This document shows, piece after piece, positions 30,301 to 40,396 of a stretch of 64,000 nt of DNA; within the stretch, counting starts at the first letter, position 1, and each line of letters begins with the position of its first letter. The stretch is from Nitrospirota bacterium (GTDB lineage: Bacteria > Nitrospirota > UBA9217). The stretch covers positions 256,001 through 320,000 of the forward strand of contig CAVUCU010000001.1 in NCBI GenBank assembly GCA_963740085.1, in the 5' to 3' direction. The position numbers were made by a program, and so were the translations under genes. The notes below the pieces were generated by a model that saw only the letters and a list, made by a program, of their open reading frames with translations, had not been told where the DNA came from and ran no database searches.

Positions 30301-30482
30301 GATTGACCCGGAGGGTGATGCTGCTTCGGAACCACCGTTCGTATTAAAAATGAATTCATGGCGAACAATCCACAAAACCCTTGACCGAAAATAATCATTC
30401 TGAGATTCTCATCCAAACTACTCCGTCAAATCGCTTTTCACAGAACAGGTAAATCCAGGGGAAAGAGCAAATATCCGTAAAG

Positions 30483-31229
30483 ATGAGTGACCCTAATCAT
30501 TTAAAATGGAGAACATCCGGAGAAATCTCCCCGGGCGATTCCTGTCGACGCTCTGGCCGGACAGTAATGCTATGGATCGCACTTTTTGCACTCCTTGCAC
30601 TCTTAGTGCACCAAAGCCATGCTTCTGAATGGTATTCAGTAGACAATACGACCGACGGGATCCAGATTCTCAGGAAAGAAGTGAAAGGCAACGGGCTGAT
30701 CGCATTTCGGGGTATCGGCGTTGTCGCAGCGCCATTGCCCTTAGTAGCGACGGTTATCTTTGATACTGACAGGCGGATGGAATGGATAGAAGGCCTGATC
30801 GAATCCAGAATCATCCGCCGGGAAGACAAAGACTTTTTCATTGAATACGACCACATTGACATGCCGTTATTCTTCAAAGATCGTGATTTTGTGTCGAAGA
30901 TAAAAATGAGCTTCGACCGGTCCAGGAAGGAGTTGGTTTTCCATTATCAGCCATCAGACGATCCCGCTGCTCCGCATACCGATTATCTTCGCGGCGAATT
31001 GCTCAACACGACGTTTATTCTCAGTTCTATCGAGAATGATACTAAGACCAGGGTTGATGCGCAGTTCCTTTGCGATCCGAAAGGGTGGATCCCGACATGG
31101 CTCGTTAACTTTTTCGTTAAAGACTGGCCGAAGACCACATTCAGGAATTTACGGAAGGAGGTCTCGAGATCTGACCTCCTGGTTGACCCCCGTTTCTCCA
31201 AGATGCTTCAACGGGGGACAATCAAATAG
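30483..31229 (+). CDS. START/SRPBCC lipid-binding domain protein
   Basis: DGIQI, EW, P....RDFV, DPKGWIPTWLVN. Confidence 0.85.
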   Translation: MSDPNHLKWRTSGEISPGDSCRRSGRTVMLWIALFALLALLVHQSHASEWYSVDNTTDGIQILRKEVKGNGLIAFRGIGVVAAPLPLVATVIFDTDRRMEWIEGLIESRIIRREDKDFFIEYDHIDMPLFFKDRDFVSKIKMSFDRSRKELVFHYQPSDDPAAPHTDYLRGELLNTTFILSSIENDTKTRVDAQFLCDPKGWIPTWLVNFFVKDWPKTTFRNLRKEVSRSDLLVDPRFSKMLQRGTIK

Positions 31230-31409
31230 AAGAAACGTGCAAGACTTAAGTCAATTCTTCCTGAATCATGCACCAGACGTTTGACTTGAAAATGTGTAAG
31301 TTTCATGTTATATATTTTACGCTGTTTGCGTAATCGGCTTTGTAGACATGAGTTCCCAGAATGAGTATTCTGGGAACAATAGACCAACCCGCTCCACATT
31401 GCAAAGGAA

Positions 31410-32210
31410 ATGCTTATGACGGCATGTGATATCAATACGTCGGTGCTATTCTGGTCTTTAATCAAGCAATTCTCGCAGGTCGATCTCTTTATGGATGTCG
31501 GAAGTCTTGACGGCACTCAGTCGTTCAACGCAGAACGGTCCTTTCCCGAAGCCACGGTTATCGCGTTCGAGGCGAACCCAGCAAATGCCGCACAGATACG
31601 TCGAGAAGTCAAGCGTCGCCGCTCGCGGGTGCTCCTGGAAGAAATTGCTGTCGGCAATACCAGCGGGAAGGCGGTGTTCCATCTGGCTACGCCCGACAAA
31701 GGGAACAAGGGAATGTCCTCGCTGCTCGACCGAACTGATTCACCAACGGGGGGAGATGGAGATAAAATCAGCGTCGACCTGCGGCGACTCGACAGCTTTC
31801 CCGTCGGCGACGCCAGGAACATTGTTCTCTGGATCGACCTTGAAGGAGCGGGGTTCCATGCGCTGGAGGGAATGGCCGGAATAAGCGACCGCGTAAAATT
31901 CGTGCATATTGAAGTGGAGACTGAGGAGGTCTGGAAAGGCCAGAAAATGGCGCGGGACATCGTCACCTTGATGAGGGGATATGGGCTCGTCGTGGCCGGC
32001 ACCAGTCTGAATGAAACATTAGATAACAAGCAGCAGGGCGATATTGTATTCATGCGCCCAGATAGCCTTCCCGAAAAAGGACTCCTGCGGGCTGTCTCCA
32101 AGGCGCGTATGACCCAGCGCCTTCGTGTATTCGGCGGAGTAGTACGCAACGTTCTGCCACTGTCTTTGTATGAAAAAATACGAAACAGCATTTATAAATA
32201 TATCTCGTAA
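31410..32210 (+). CDS. FkbM-family methyltransferase
   Basis: DVGSLDG, AFEANP, IAVG, RRLD, WIDLEGA. Confidence 0.85.
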   Translation: MLMTACDINTSVLFWSLIKQFSQVDLFMDVGSLDGTQSFNAERSFPEATVIAFEANPANAAQIRREVKRRRSRVLLEEIAVGNTSGKAVFHLATPDKGNKGMSSLLDRTDSPTGGDGDKISVDLRRLDSFPVGDARNIVLWIDLEGAGFHALEGMAGISDRVKFVHIEVETEEVWKGQKMARDIVTLMRGYGLVVAGTSLNETLDNKQQGDIVFMRPDSLPEKGLLRAVSKARMTQRLRVFGGVVRNVLPLSLYEKIRNSIYKYIS

Positions 32211-32464
32211 AAGGAAAGGCTCATGCAACAAGACTTTTTCTGACACGCTTCAGATGCAGGAGTTCCTCTCCAAAGCTGAACCGCCGATTCTTAAACTGAA
32301 GCCCATTGGCGCAAGTTACAGTGTAATTTTCAACATCAAGATGTTGACAGTTTCATAGAATAAGAACTGCACACTTGCTGGTGAAGGTGCGTTGTGTGTA
32401 TTAATTGCAATAAGGCTCGCACGATATTGTACACCACAACTCCTGTCCTTTCCCCTTTTCTCCC

Positions 32465-32998
32465 CTAACCTCCCCCTTTCTCCTTGCCTTGCTGCTCCTG
32501 ATCCAATATCTCTTCCAATATCTCCGCCGCATCCCGGACGAACTTCGGACAGCGCTTCTTAAAATGCTTTTCCCTCTTTGCCGCCCTGAGGCCCTCGACC
32601 GAACTTACATCACAGCCGAGCAATTCCCTGCACTCCGTGGTCCCGTTCCTCGCTTTGAATCGTGCCGCAAATTCCCGGGCAACTTCTTCGGTCCTGTCTT
32701 TTGAGAACAAACTTCTGCCTTTCAGCCCGGCATGCTTCAGACCGATGACCATCAGCGCGCCGGTCACCGCTCCGCAGGTCTCTCCCATTCCCATTCCCGA
32801 TCCGAAGGCCCTGGCAATCCTGAGCGCGGTCTCGCGGTCCAGGCCGAATTGCGAACCGTAGGCGGACAATATCGCCTGGGCGCAGTTGAATCCTTCCTTG
32901 AAACATGCGGCAGTTTGCTCGATCTCCTCCGACTTTGCTCTTTCGGTATCTTGTTTTTTGGATAACACGTTTATTCCTTCTGCCTCTCCATGCGACAC
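32465..32998 (-). CDS. C-GCAxxG-C-C family putative redox protein
   Basis: FNCAQA, FGSGMG.GETCGAVTG, CRELLG, CPKFV. Confidence 0.88.
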   Translation of the reverse strand: MSHGEAEGINVLSKKQDTERAKSEEIEQTAACFKEGFNCAQAILSAYGSQFGLDRETALRIARAFGSGMGMGETCGAVTGALMVIGLKHAGLKGRSLFSKDRTEEVAREFAARFKARNGTTECRELLGCDVSSVEGLRAAKREKHFKKRCPKFVRDAAEILEEILDQEQQGKEKGGG

Positions 32999-33196
32999 TT
33001 CCCCGGTTCTTTGATGAAACTCGCTTTCATAAGACTCTACTATACACTTTCAGTCCATTTTTTCAAGCCTCGACCTGCTCACTTCTCCTGCCCGCTTCAC
33101 TGCGACTCATTTTTTCCCCTTGATTTATTTCAATGCTTACATTAGATTATATCCCTGTTTACCAATCACTTCACGGGCTCGCAAGGAGGCGTTCCA

Positions 33197-34072
33197 ATGG
33201 CAGAGCAGGACTTTTCAAAAAAAGAAAAAAAATATTATACCGACGTCCCGCAAAAAAGCGAGGCATTTTTCCTGAAAGGATCGAACGGCTATGATTGGGG
33301 CATGCGGAACCGTCTGGCGCGCATCTTCAGTCCGAAATCGGGTAAAACCGTGATGCTGGCGTTCGATCACGGGTACTTCCAGGGGCCCACGACAGGGCTC
33401 GAACGGGTCGATGTCACGATCCGGCCACTCATCCCCTACGCAGACGCCTTGATGCTGACGCGCGGGGTCCTGCGCTCCATGATCGAGCCGTCCGTGACCA
33501 ATTCCATAGTCATGCGCGCGAGCGGCGGGCCGAGCGTTCTGAAAGAACTTTCGAACGAACAGATCGCCGTTGACATGGAGGACGCGCTGCGCATGAACGT
33601 ATCCGCTGTCGCGGTGCAGGTCTTCATCGGCGGAGAACACGAGACACAGTCCGTACACAACATGACCCGCCTCGTGGACAAAGGCATGCGCTACGGCATT
33701 CCCGTTCTCGGGGTCACTGCCGTGGGCAAGGAACTCGTGCGCGATATCCGGTATATCAGCCTCGCAACCCGGATCCTTGCGGAGCTGGGCGCGGCGATCG
33801 TCAAGACCTATCATGTCCCGGGATTCGAACAGGTCGCGGCCGCGTGTCCGGTTCCGATCGTTATCGCGGGAGGGAAAAAGCTTCCCGAACGCGAGGCGCT
33901 TCAGATGGCCAGGGATGCGATCAACCAGGGCGCCTCGGGAGTGGACATGGGCAGGAACATCTTCCAGTCCGATGCTCCGGTTGCCATGATCGGGGCGGTT
34001 CGCAAGGTCGTGCATGAAAACAGCAGCGTCAAGGAAGCGTATGAATATTACCAGGACATGAAGAATAAGTGA
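33197..34072 (+). CDS. lsrF: LsrF-type thiolase / class I aldolase
   Basis: [48 protein letters not shown]. Confidence 0.88.
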   Translation: MAEQDFSKKEKKYYTDVPQKSEAFFLKGSNGYDWGMRNRLARIFSPKSGKTVMLAFDHGYFQGPTTGLERVDVTIRPLIPYADALMLTRGVLRSMIEPSVTNSIVMRASGGPSVLKELSNEQIAVDMEDALRMNVSAVAVQVFIGGEHETQSVHNMTRLVDKGMRYGIPVLGVTAVGKELVRDIRYISLATRILAELGAAIVKTYHVPGFEQVAAACPVPIVIAGGKKLPEREALQMARDAINQGASGVDMGRNIFQSDAPVAMIGAVRKVVHENSSVKEAYEYYQDMKNK

Positions 34073-34107
34073 ATCACATGAGAGATATTCATATAGGGCA
34101 TAATAAT

Positions 34108-34195
34108 TCCCCCTCACCTCGGTCCTCTCCCCGGTGGGAGAGGATGGGAATAAAGGTTCCTCTCCCCGTCGGGGAGAGGGTTAGGGTGAGGGGGA
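34108..34195. repeat. REP-like compound palindrome (CCCCTCACC...CCTCTCCC/GGGAGAGG...GGTGAGGGG)
   Basis: Two internal hairpins enclosed by TCCCCCTCACC/GGTGAGGGGGA arms; the right arm doubles as the RBS of the next gene. Confidence 0.8.
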
Positions 34196-34202
34196 TCCTG
34201 AC

Positions 34203-35231
34203 ATGAAGGTCGGCGTCTATTACCGCAACAGCGACGTCCGGGTGGAAGAGCGTCCGGAGCCAAAGGCCGGAGACCGCGACATCGTGGTCAAGGTCATGGC
34301 CTCCGGCCTGTGCGGTTCCGATCTCATGGAGTGGTACCGCATCAAGCGCGCGCCGCTGGTGCTGGGTCACGAGCCGTCCGGCATTGTTGTTGAAACGGGA
34401 AAACTCGTCAAGACCGTCAAACCGGGAGACCGCGTCTTTGTCACCCACCATGTCCCCTGCAATACCTGCTACCACTGCCGCATTGGACACGAAACCGCCT
34501 GCACGACCTTCCAGAGCACAAATAATTTCGATCCGGGCGGTTTTTCCCAGCTCCTGCGCGTGACCGGCAAAAGCGTCGAGACCGGCACCTTCTTGCTTCC
34601 CGACTCCGTGAGCTTCGAACAGGCGACCTTTATCGAACCGCTCGGGACCGCGGTGCGGGCACTCCGGACCGCGGTGCTGAAACCTGCCCAGAGCGTGCTC
34701 GTCTTCGGCAGCGGCGTCGCGGGTCTGCTCATCATCAAACTGGCCCGTGCCATGGGAGCAGGAACCATCATCGCTACCGATGTGAGCCCTTATCGCCTTG
34801 GGAAGGCGCGCGAATACGGGGCCACGCACACGATCGCGGCAAATGAAGATGTCCCCGCATTTGTGAGGACGGTCAATGACAACAGGCTGGCCGACGTCGT
34901 CATCCTGTGTACCGGAGCGCTGCCGGCCGCCCGTACCGCGCTCAAGTCGGCCGAGCGCGGCGGCACCATCCTGTTCTTCGCAGTGCCGAAGCCGGGCGAG
35001 AGCGTAGAGGTGGATTTCAACTCCTTCTGGCGGGACGATATCACGATAAAAACCTGCTACGGGGCCGCCCCCATCGACAACAGTCAGGCCCTCGATCTCA
35101 TCAAGCACGGCACCATAACGGTGACGGACATGGTTACGCACCGGTTCGGCATCGACCGGATCGGCGAGGCCTTCATGACCGGCGCCATGCCCGACGGCTG
35201 TGTGAAGGTCATCATCGAGCCGAACCGATAA
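34203..35231 (+). CDS. Zn-dependent medium-chain alcohol/polyol dehydrogenase
   Basis: GLCGSD, GHE, CNTCYHC...C structural Zn site, GSGVAG. Confidence 0.9.
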   Translation: MKVGVYYRNSDVRVEERPEPKAGDRDIVVKVMASGLCGSDLMEWYRIKRAPLVLGHEPSGIVVETGKLVKTVKPGDRVFVTHHVPCNTCYHCRIGHETACTTFQSTNNFDPGGFSQLLRVTGKSVETGTFLLPDSVSFEQATFIEPLGTAVRALRTAVLKPAQSVLVFGSGVAGLLIIKLARAMGAGTIIATDVSPYRLGKAREYGATHTIAANEDVPAFVRTVNDNRLADVVILCTGALPAARTALKSAERGGTILFFAVPKPGESVEVDFNSFWRDDITIKTCYGAAPIDNSQALDLIKHGTITVTDMVTHRFGIDRIGEAFMTGAMPDGCVKVIIEPNR

Positions 35232-35308
35232 GATACTTCACGAACAAGTATCCTCTATCCTTCATTTTAGGAAATCATGTTCTCACGAAAACCGAAAGAC
35301 AAACCAGT

Positions 35309-35401
35309 CACCGCAAAGACATCAGGAGCGCAAAGAAAGTAGTTAAACCATAGGGCATTTACATACTGAAGCATATTCGCGTCCTTCGCGTCTTCGCGGT
35401 C
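35309..35401. repeat. Empty GxxExxY-type inverted-repeat element
   Basis: CACCGCAAAGACATCAGGAGCGCAAAG ... ATTCGCGTCCTTCGCGTCTTCGCGGTC. Confidence 0.65.
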
Positions 35402-35488
35402 AAAGATCTGGTTTTATTTTTATTGGTCTAAATCGTTGATCCGCTGATATTTGAAATGCTCCTTTATCTTTATTGATCCGAGGTCCTT

Positions 35489-36730
35489 GTGAAACAGCAT
35501 TCCGCAGGTACGTTTCGCCATGTATTCAGCCTGCCCGTCATCGTCGCCGCCCTTGGCTACTTCGTCGACATCTACGACCTGGTGCTCTTCAGCATCGTCC
35601 GTGTGCCGAGCCTGAAATCGCTCGGACTTTCCGGTCGTGACCTGATCGACAACGGCGTATTTCTTCTCAACATGCAGATGGCGGGCATGCTCATCGGGGG
35701 CATTCTCTGGGGCGTTCTGGGCGACCGCAAAGGCCGGCTCAAGATCATGTTCGGCTCGATCTTTCTGTATTCCATCGCGAACATCGCGAACGGGATGGTC
35801 GCGTCCCTTCCTGCCTACGCGGCCCTGCGCTTCATCGCCGGCATCGGGCTTGCGGGCGAGCTTGGGGCGGGGATCACCCTCGTGTCCGAGGTCCTGCACA
35901 CCAGCATCCGGGGGTACGGCACCATGCTCGTGGCCGCCGTGGGCGTATCGGGTGCGATCCTCGCGAACCTCATTGCCAATACCTATGACTGGCGGAACGC
36001 CTTCATCATCGGAGGTGTTCTCGGCCTCGTGCTGCTCATCACCCGGATCAGCGTGGCAGAGTCAGGCATGTTCCGGGCCATGAACAGAAAGGCCGGGGTC
36101 AGCAGAGGGAACCTGCTCGCCCTCTTCTCGGAACGGAAGCGTTTCCTCCGCTATCTCAACTCCATCCTGATCGGCGTCCCGATCTGGTTCGTCGTCGCGA
36201 TCCTGATCACCTTCTCGCCGGAGTTTGCCAGGGCCTTCGGAACGACCGGACCGGTCTCCGCCGGGAATGCGGTCATGTTCTGCTACCTGGGGCTGGTCTT
36301 CGGCGATCTTTCGAGCGGCCTGCTGAGCCAGGCCTTGAAGAGCAGGAAAAAGGTGGTATTCCTGTTCATGCTCCTGACCCTTGCCGCCATCGGCCTCTAT
36401 TTCCTGCAGGGAAGCAGGAGCCCGGAATTCTTTTACGGTGTGTGCCTCACGCTCGGATTTGCCAGCGGCTACTGGGCCATCTTCGTGACCATTGCCGCCG
36501 AGCAGTTCGGCACGAACCTGCGCGCTACGGTTGCCACGACCGTTCCCAATTTCGTGCGCGGGATGGTGGTCCCCATCACCCTTCTCTTCCAGTTGTTCCG
36601 CCGATACCTCGGCCTTGAGGGCGGCGCGCTTGCCGTCGGGGCCATCTGCTCGATTACGGCGTTCATCGCCCTCGCCTCACTGGAAGAGACGTTTCATAAG
36701 GATCTGGACTATTATGAGGAGTTCCCCTAA
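35489..36730 (+). CDS. MFS transporter
   Basis: 12-TM pattern, GDRKGR motif A, RFIAGIGLAGE. Confidence 0.92.
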   Translation: MKQHSAGTFRHVFSLPVIVAALGYFVDIYDLVLFSIVRVPSLKSLGLSGRDLIDNGVFLLNMQMAGMLIGGILWGVLGDRKGRLKIMFGSIFLYSIANIANGMVASLPAYAALRFIAGIGLAGELGAGITLVSEVLHTSIRGYGTMLVAAVGVSGAILANLIANTYDWRNAFIIGGVLGLVLLITRISVAESGMFRAMNRKAGVSRGNLLALFSERKRFLRYLNSILIGVPIWFVVAILITFSPEFARAFGTTGPVSAGNAVMFCYLGLVFGDLSSGLLSQALKSRKKVVFLFMLLTLAAIGLYFLQGSRSPEFFYGVCLTLGFASGYWAIFVTIAAEQFGTNLRATVATTVPNFVRGMVVPITLLFQLFRRYLGLEGGALAVGAICSITAFIALASLEETFHKDLDYYEEFP

Positions 36731-36757
36731 TGCGCGGGACAAACCATAAAAATCTTC

Positions 36758-36873
36758 TCTCGCAGAGGCGCAGAGTACGCAGAGACAGCAATACTTAATA
36801 AAGCAACGCCTTGGTCTTTGTCTTAATGCAAAAAGATTAAGCCTTTCTCTGCGAGCTCTGCGTCTCTGCGAGA
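36758..36873. repeat. Empty GxxExxY-type element, closest match to the filled copy
   Basis: TCTCGCAGAGGCGCAGAGTACGCAGAG, 62-nt spacer, CTCTGCGAGCTCTGCGTCTCTGCGAGA. Confidence 0.9.
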
Positions 36874-36894
36874 AACAGCCTTTCTACATTTCTT

Positions 36895-36923
36895 TTGACT
36901 CTTTCTCCTATTCCCTTTATAAT
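36895..36923 (+). promoter_or_regulatory. Sigma70-type promoter of gpsA
   Basis: TTGACT-17 nt-TATAAT, 9 nt before the ATG. Confidence 0.7.
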
Positions 36924-36932
36924 TCACGCACT

Positions 36933-37934
36933 ATGACTGAAAAGATCGGCGTCATCGGCGCAGGGGCATGGGGCACGGCACTTGCCATGCTGCTTGCCCA
37001 CAACGGGCATGACGTGACCCTTTGGATGTATGAAAAGGACCTCGCCGAGGAGACGGCGCGGACGAGAGAGAATCGCGTTTATCTCCCGGGGTTCATCCTG
37101 CCCGGCTCCATCCTGGTGACCTCATCTCTTGAAACCGCGGTCAGGAACAAACCGATCGTTCTTTCCGTCGTTCCCTCTCACACGGTCCGTGCAGTGGCAA
37201 ACCAGCTTGCTCCTTTTCTATCGAAGGACGCCATCATCATCAGCGCATCCAAGGGCATCGAGCTCGAGACGCTCATGCCGCTCTCCGAAGTGTTCAAGGA
37301 CATTCTCCCCAAACAGTTTCACGACCGGCTCTGCTTCCTTTCCGGGCCCAGCTTTGCCAAAGAGGTCGCCCGGCAGATGCCCACCGCTGTTGCCCTCGCT
37401 TCGTACGACCCGGCTGCGGGCAAAAAGGCGCAGGAGGCCTTCAGCAACCCCTACTTCCGCGTCTATACTAATCCCGATGTCCTCGGTGTGGAACTCGCGG
37501 GAGCGCTCAAAAATGTAGTAGCCATTGCGGCGGGAGTGATCGAAGGCATGGGCTTCGGATATAACACCATGGCCGCCCTGCTCACCCGCGGGCTCGCGGA
37601 GATGGCGCGGCTCGGCGTGGCCATGGGAGGAGAACTTCAAACCTTCTCCGGCCTTGCGGGCATGGGAGATCTCGTCCTTACCTGTACAGGAGGCTTGTCG
37701 AGGAACCGCGCCCTCGGGTCCCGGCTCGGCAAAGGTGAGAAGCTGGCTGACATCCTGACAGGAACAAAGACCGTTGCCGAAGGCGTCAAGACCGCCAGGG
37801 CCGCTCGCGACCTTGCGCAAAAATACGATATCGCGATGCCGATCGTCGAGGAGGTCTATCAACTCCTGTACGAAGGCAAAGACCCGAAGCTCGCCGTGAA
37901 GGACCTGATGAGCCGTGAGCTCCGGGGAGAATGA
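36933..37934 (+). CDS. gpsA: NAD(P)H-dependent glycerol-3-phosphate dehydrogenase
   Basis: GAGAWGTALA, SKGIE, SGPSFA, GALKNV, GDLVLTC...SRN. Confidence 0.97.
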   Translation: MTEKIGVIGAGAWGTALAMLLAHNGHDVTLWMYEKDLAEETARTRENRVYLPGFILPGSILVTSSLETAVRNKPIVLSVVPSHTVRAVANQLAPFLSKDAIIISASKGIELETLMPLSEVFKDILPKQFHDRLCFLSGPSFAKEVARQMPTAVALASYDPAAGKKAQEAFSNPYFRVYTNPDVLGVELAGALKNVVAIAAGVIEGMGFGYNTMAALLTRGLAEMARLGVAMGGELQTFSGLAGMGDLVLTCTGGLSRNRALGSRLGKGEKLADILTGTKTVAEGVKTARAARDLAQKYDIAMPIVEEVYQLLYEGKDPKLAVKDLMSRELRGE

Positions 37935-37972
37935 TTTATTTCTATGAAGTGACTGCCCGGTCAAAACCGGTC

Positions 37973-38062
37973 GTCCGCAGAGAACGCAAGGATCTCAGAG
38001 AAAAAACCGGATCTTGAACTTTTACCGTATAGGCTTTTGTGTTCCTTTCGCTCTTTGCGGTT
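37973..38062. repeat. Degenerate empty GxxExxY-type element
   Basis: CCGCAGAGAACGCAAGGATCTCAGAG ... TTTGTGTTCCTTTCGCTCTTTGCGGTT. Confidence 0.55.
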
Positions 38063-38116
38063 AATGCGTCTTTCCCGAGATCATCCTGAGTTGTAACGCG
38101 GTGAACACGATAAGCT

Positions 38117-38890
38117 ATGAAGACATCAGACATCTCTAAACTTCTCCAGGGAGTCCGATCGGGCAAGATCGATGTCGAGACCGCGCTCAACCGGCTCAGG
38201 CACCTGCCTTTTGAGGACGTGTCATACGCCCACATCGACCATCATCGTCATCTGCGCCACGGCATGCCCGAGGTCATCTACTGTGAAGGAAAGACCCTGG
38301 AGCAGGTTGTCGGAATCACCGGTCGGATGCTCAAAGCCGGGAGCGACATCCTCGCCACCCGCGCGTCTGAAACAGTTTATAAGGCAGTCAAGAAACTCGA
38401 TCGCCGCGCACTCTACCATAAAGCCTCACGCACAATCGTGATACAGGATAAGAAGAAGACCCTGACCGCGGGTATCGTGCTCGTACTGACCGCGGGGACC
38501 TCGGATATCCCTGTTGCCGAGGAAGCCGCGGTGACGGCGGGCATGCTCGGCAGCACCGTTCAGACCGTGTACGACGTGGGAGTGGCGGGGATCCACCGAA
38601 TCCTGAGCAAGCGGGAGATGCTCGACTCCGCCAGGGTGATCGTTGTCGTAGCAGGCATGGACGGCGCGCTCCCGTCTGTCGTGGGCGGGCTCGTGGACAA
38701 ACCTGTGATCGCTGTGCCTACGAGCGTCGGCTACGGTGCGGGTTTTCAGGGGCTTGCCCCGCTCCTCACCATGCTCAACTCCTGTGCCTCGGGCGTCGCG
38801 GTCATGAACATCGACAACGGCTTCGGCGCCGGCGTGCTGGCGCACAGGATAAACCTGTTGGGAGAAAAATCCTGCTGTAGTGCGTCATAA
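38117..38890 (+). CDS. larB: Nickel-pincer cofactor biosynthesis protein LarB
   Basis: PEVIYCEGKT, AGTSD.PVAEEA, DVGVAGIHR, AGMDGALPSV, PTSVGYG, NIDNGFGA. Confidence 0.93.
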   Translation: MKTSDISKLLQGVRSGKIDVETALNRLRHLPFEDVSYAHIDHHRHLRHGMPEVIYCEGKTLEQVVGITGRMLKAGSDILATRASETVYKAVKKLDRRALYHKASRTIVIQDKKKTLTAGIVLVLTAGTSDIPVAEEAAVTAGMLGSTVQTVYDVGVAGIHRILSKREMLDSARVIVVVAGMDGALPSVVGGLVDKPVIAVPTSVGYGAGFQGLAPLLTMLNSCASGVAVMNIDNGFGAGVLAHRINLLGEKSCCSAS

Positions 38891-39015
38891 ATCCCTATCC
38901 TTTGATCGTCATTCCGGGCTTACCCCGAATCCGGTCTTTTCGATCTGGATTCCTGCTCCTGTTTTCTCCGTTGCTTTACGGTAGATTTCAGTTCTGTTCG
39001 ACAGGTAATTGTTCA

Positions 39016-40269
39016 ATGTCCCACAGGAAACAACATCGAAAAAGTTCGCATCACGCCGTTTTACCCGCGGGTTTGTCCCGCTTTATACCGGGCAATCAGG
39101 TCAGCCTGTTGCAGAACGGCGAGGCCTATTTCCCCGCGCTCGAAGCGGCGTTCGACCGTGCACGTCATGAAATATATCTTGAAACATATATTTACGAAAA
39201 TGACGCCACCGGACAGCGGATCGCGGACGCGCTGAAGCGGGCTGCCTTGCGCGGCGTACACGTCCATGTGCTGATCGACGGCTACGGTTCCAAGGACCTG
39301 CCGCGAAGCATGCTGGACCGTCTGCGGGCGGACGGGGTGAAGGCGCTCATCTACCGGCCCAAGATATCCCCCTGGACGTTTCGACGCAAGCGCCTGCGAA
39401 GGATGCACCGGAAGATCGCGGTCGTGGACCGGGAGATCGCCTTTGTCGGAGGGATCAATATTATTAATGACCGCGAAGCGACGGGCGACATGCCCCCTCG
39501 CTACGACTACGCGGTCGCCGTGGAAGGGCCTCTGGTGGACGTGATCCGTCTTCCCGTCCAGCGTCTGTGGTCAATGGTGGCGTGGAGCTATTTTCGCAAA
39601 GGGGCTGTCCGGGGCGCGCCACTGCCTGTTTCAGCCTCCGCCGGGGGGCGAATGAGCGCGGCATTCCTGGTGCGGGACAATTTTCACCATCGCCGGGACA
39701 TTGAAGCGGCGTATATGCGCGCGATCGAACAGGCAAAATCCGAGATCATTCTTGCCCATGCCTACTTTTTGCCGGGGCTTGATTTTCGTCATGCGCTTAT
39801 CAATGCGGCCGGGCGCGGCGTCCGGGTGGTTTTGCTGCTGCAGGGAAAGGTGGAATATTATCTCCAGTATTATGCATCGCGGGCCCTCTATGGCCATTTT
39901 CTCGATGCGGGAGTTGAGATTTACGAATACCGCAAGAGCTTCCTGCACGCCAAAGTCGCGGTGATCGACGGGCATTGGGCGACGGTGGGGTCTTCGAATC
40001 TCGATCCGTACAGCCTGCTGCTTTCACGCGAAGCGAATGTTGTCGTCGACGACGAAGAATTTGGCGCGACCCTGACGCAAAGCCTGAAACAGACCATGGA
40101 GATCGACGGCCGGCGGATCCTCAGGGACAGCTGGAAACGGCAGCCCTTTTTTTCCAGGTTCATGAGCTGGCTCAGTTATGGTCTGGTGCGCTTAATGATG
40201 GGAGTGACCGGGTATGCCCGTGAAGACATCCGGACCGGGAACGATCGAACGACTGCGCATGAGGACTGA
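39016..40269 (+). CDS. clsB: Cardiolipin synthase ClsB-type (two HKD motifs, no N-terminal TM)
   Basis: MHRKIAVVD...GGIN; LHAKVAVID...GSSNLD. Confidence 0.85.
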   Translation: MSHRKQHRKSSHHAVLPAGLSRFIPGNQVSLLQNGEAYFPALEAAFDRARHEIYLETYIYENDATGQRIADALKRAALRGVHVHVLIDGYGSKDLPRSMLDRLRADGVKALIYRPKISPWTFRRKRLRRMHRKIAVVDREIAFVGGINIINDREATGDMPPRYDYAVAVEGPLVDVIRLPVQRLWSMVAWSYFRKGAVRGAPLPVSASAGGRMSAAFLVRDNFHHRRDIEAAYMRAIEQAKSEIILAHAYFLPGLDFRHALINAAGRGVRVVLLLQGKVEYYLQYYASRALYGHFLDAGVEIYEYRKSFLHAKVAVIDGHWATVGSSNLDPYSLLLSREANVVVDDEEFGATLTQSLKQTMEIDGRRILRDSWKRQPFFSRFMSWLSYGLVRLMMGVTGYAREDIRTGNDRTTAHED

Positions 40270-40396
40270 CACACACTCCTTCGAGGATATCCTGCTATAA
40301 TTCAAAGAAGAACCTGGAGAGAAGAAATGACCGGTTCTTTCTCCGTGATCAGCCGACATCATATTACTATTTGTCTATGGAGCCTTCATCCCTGTA

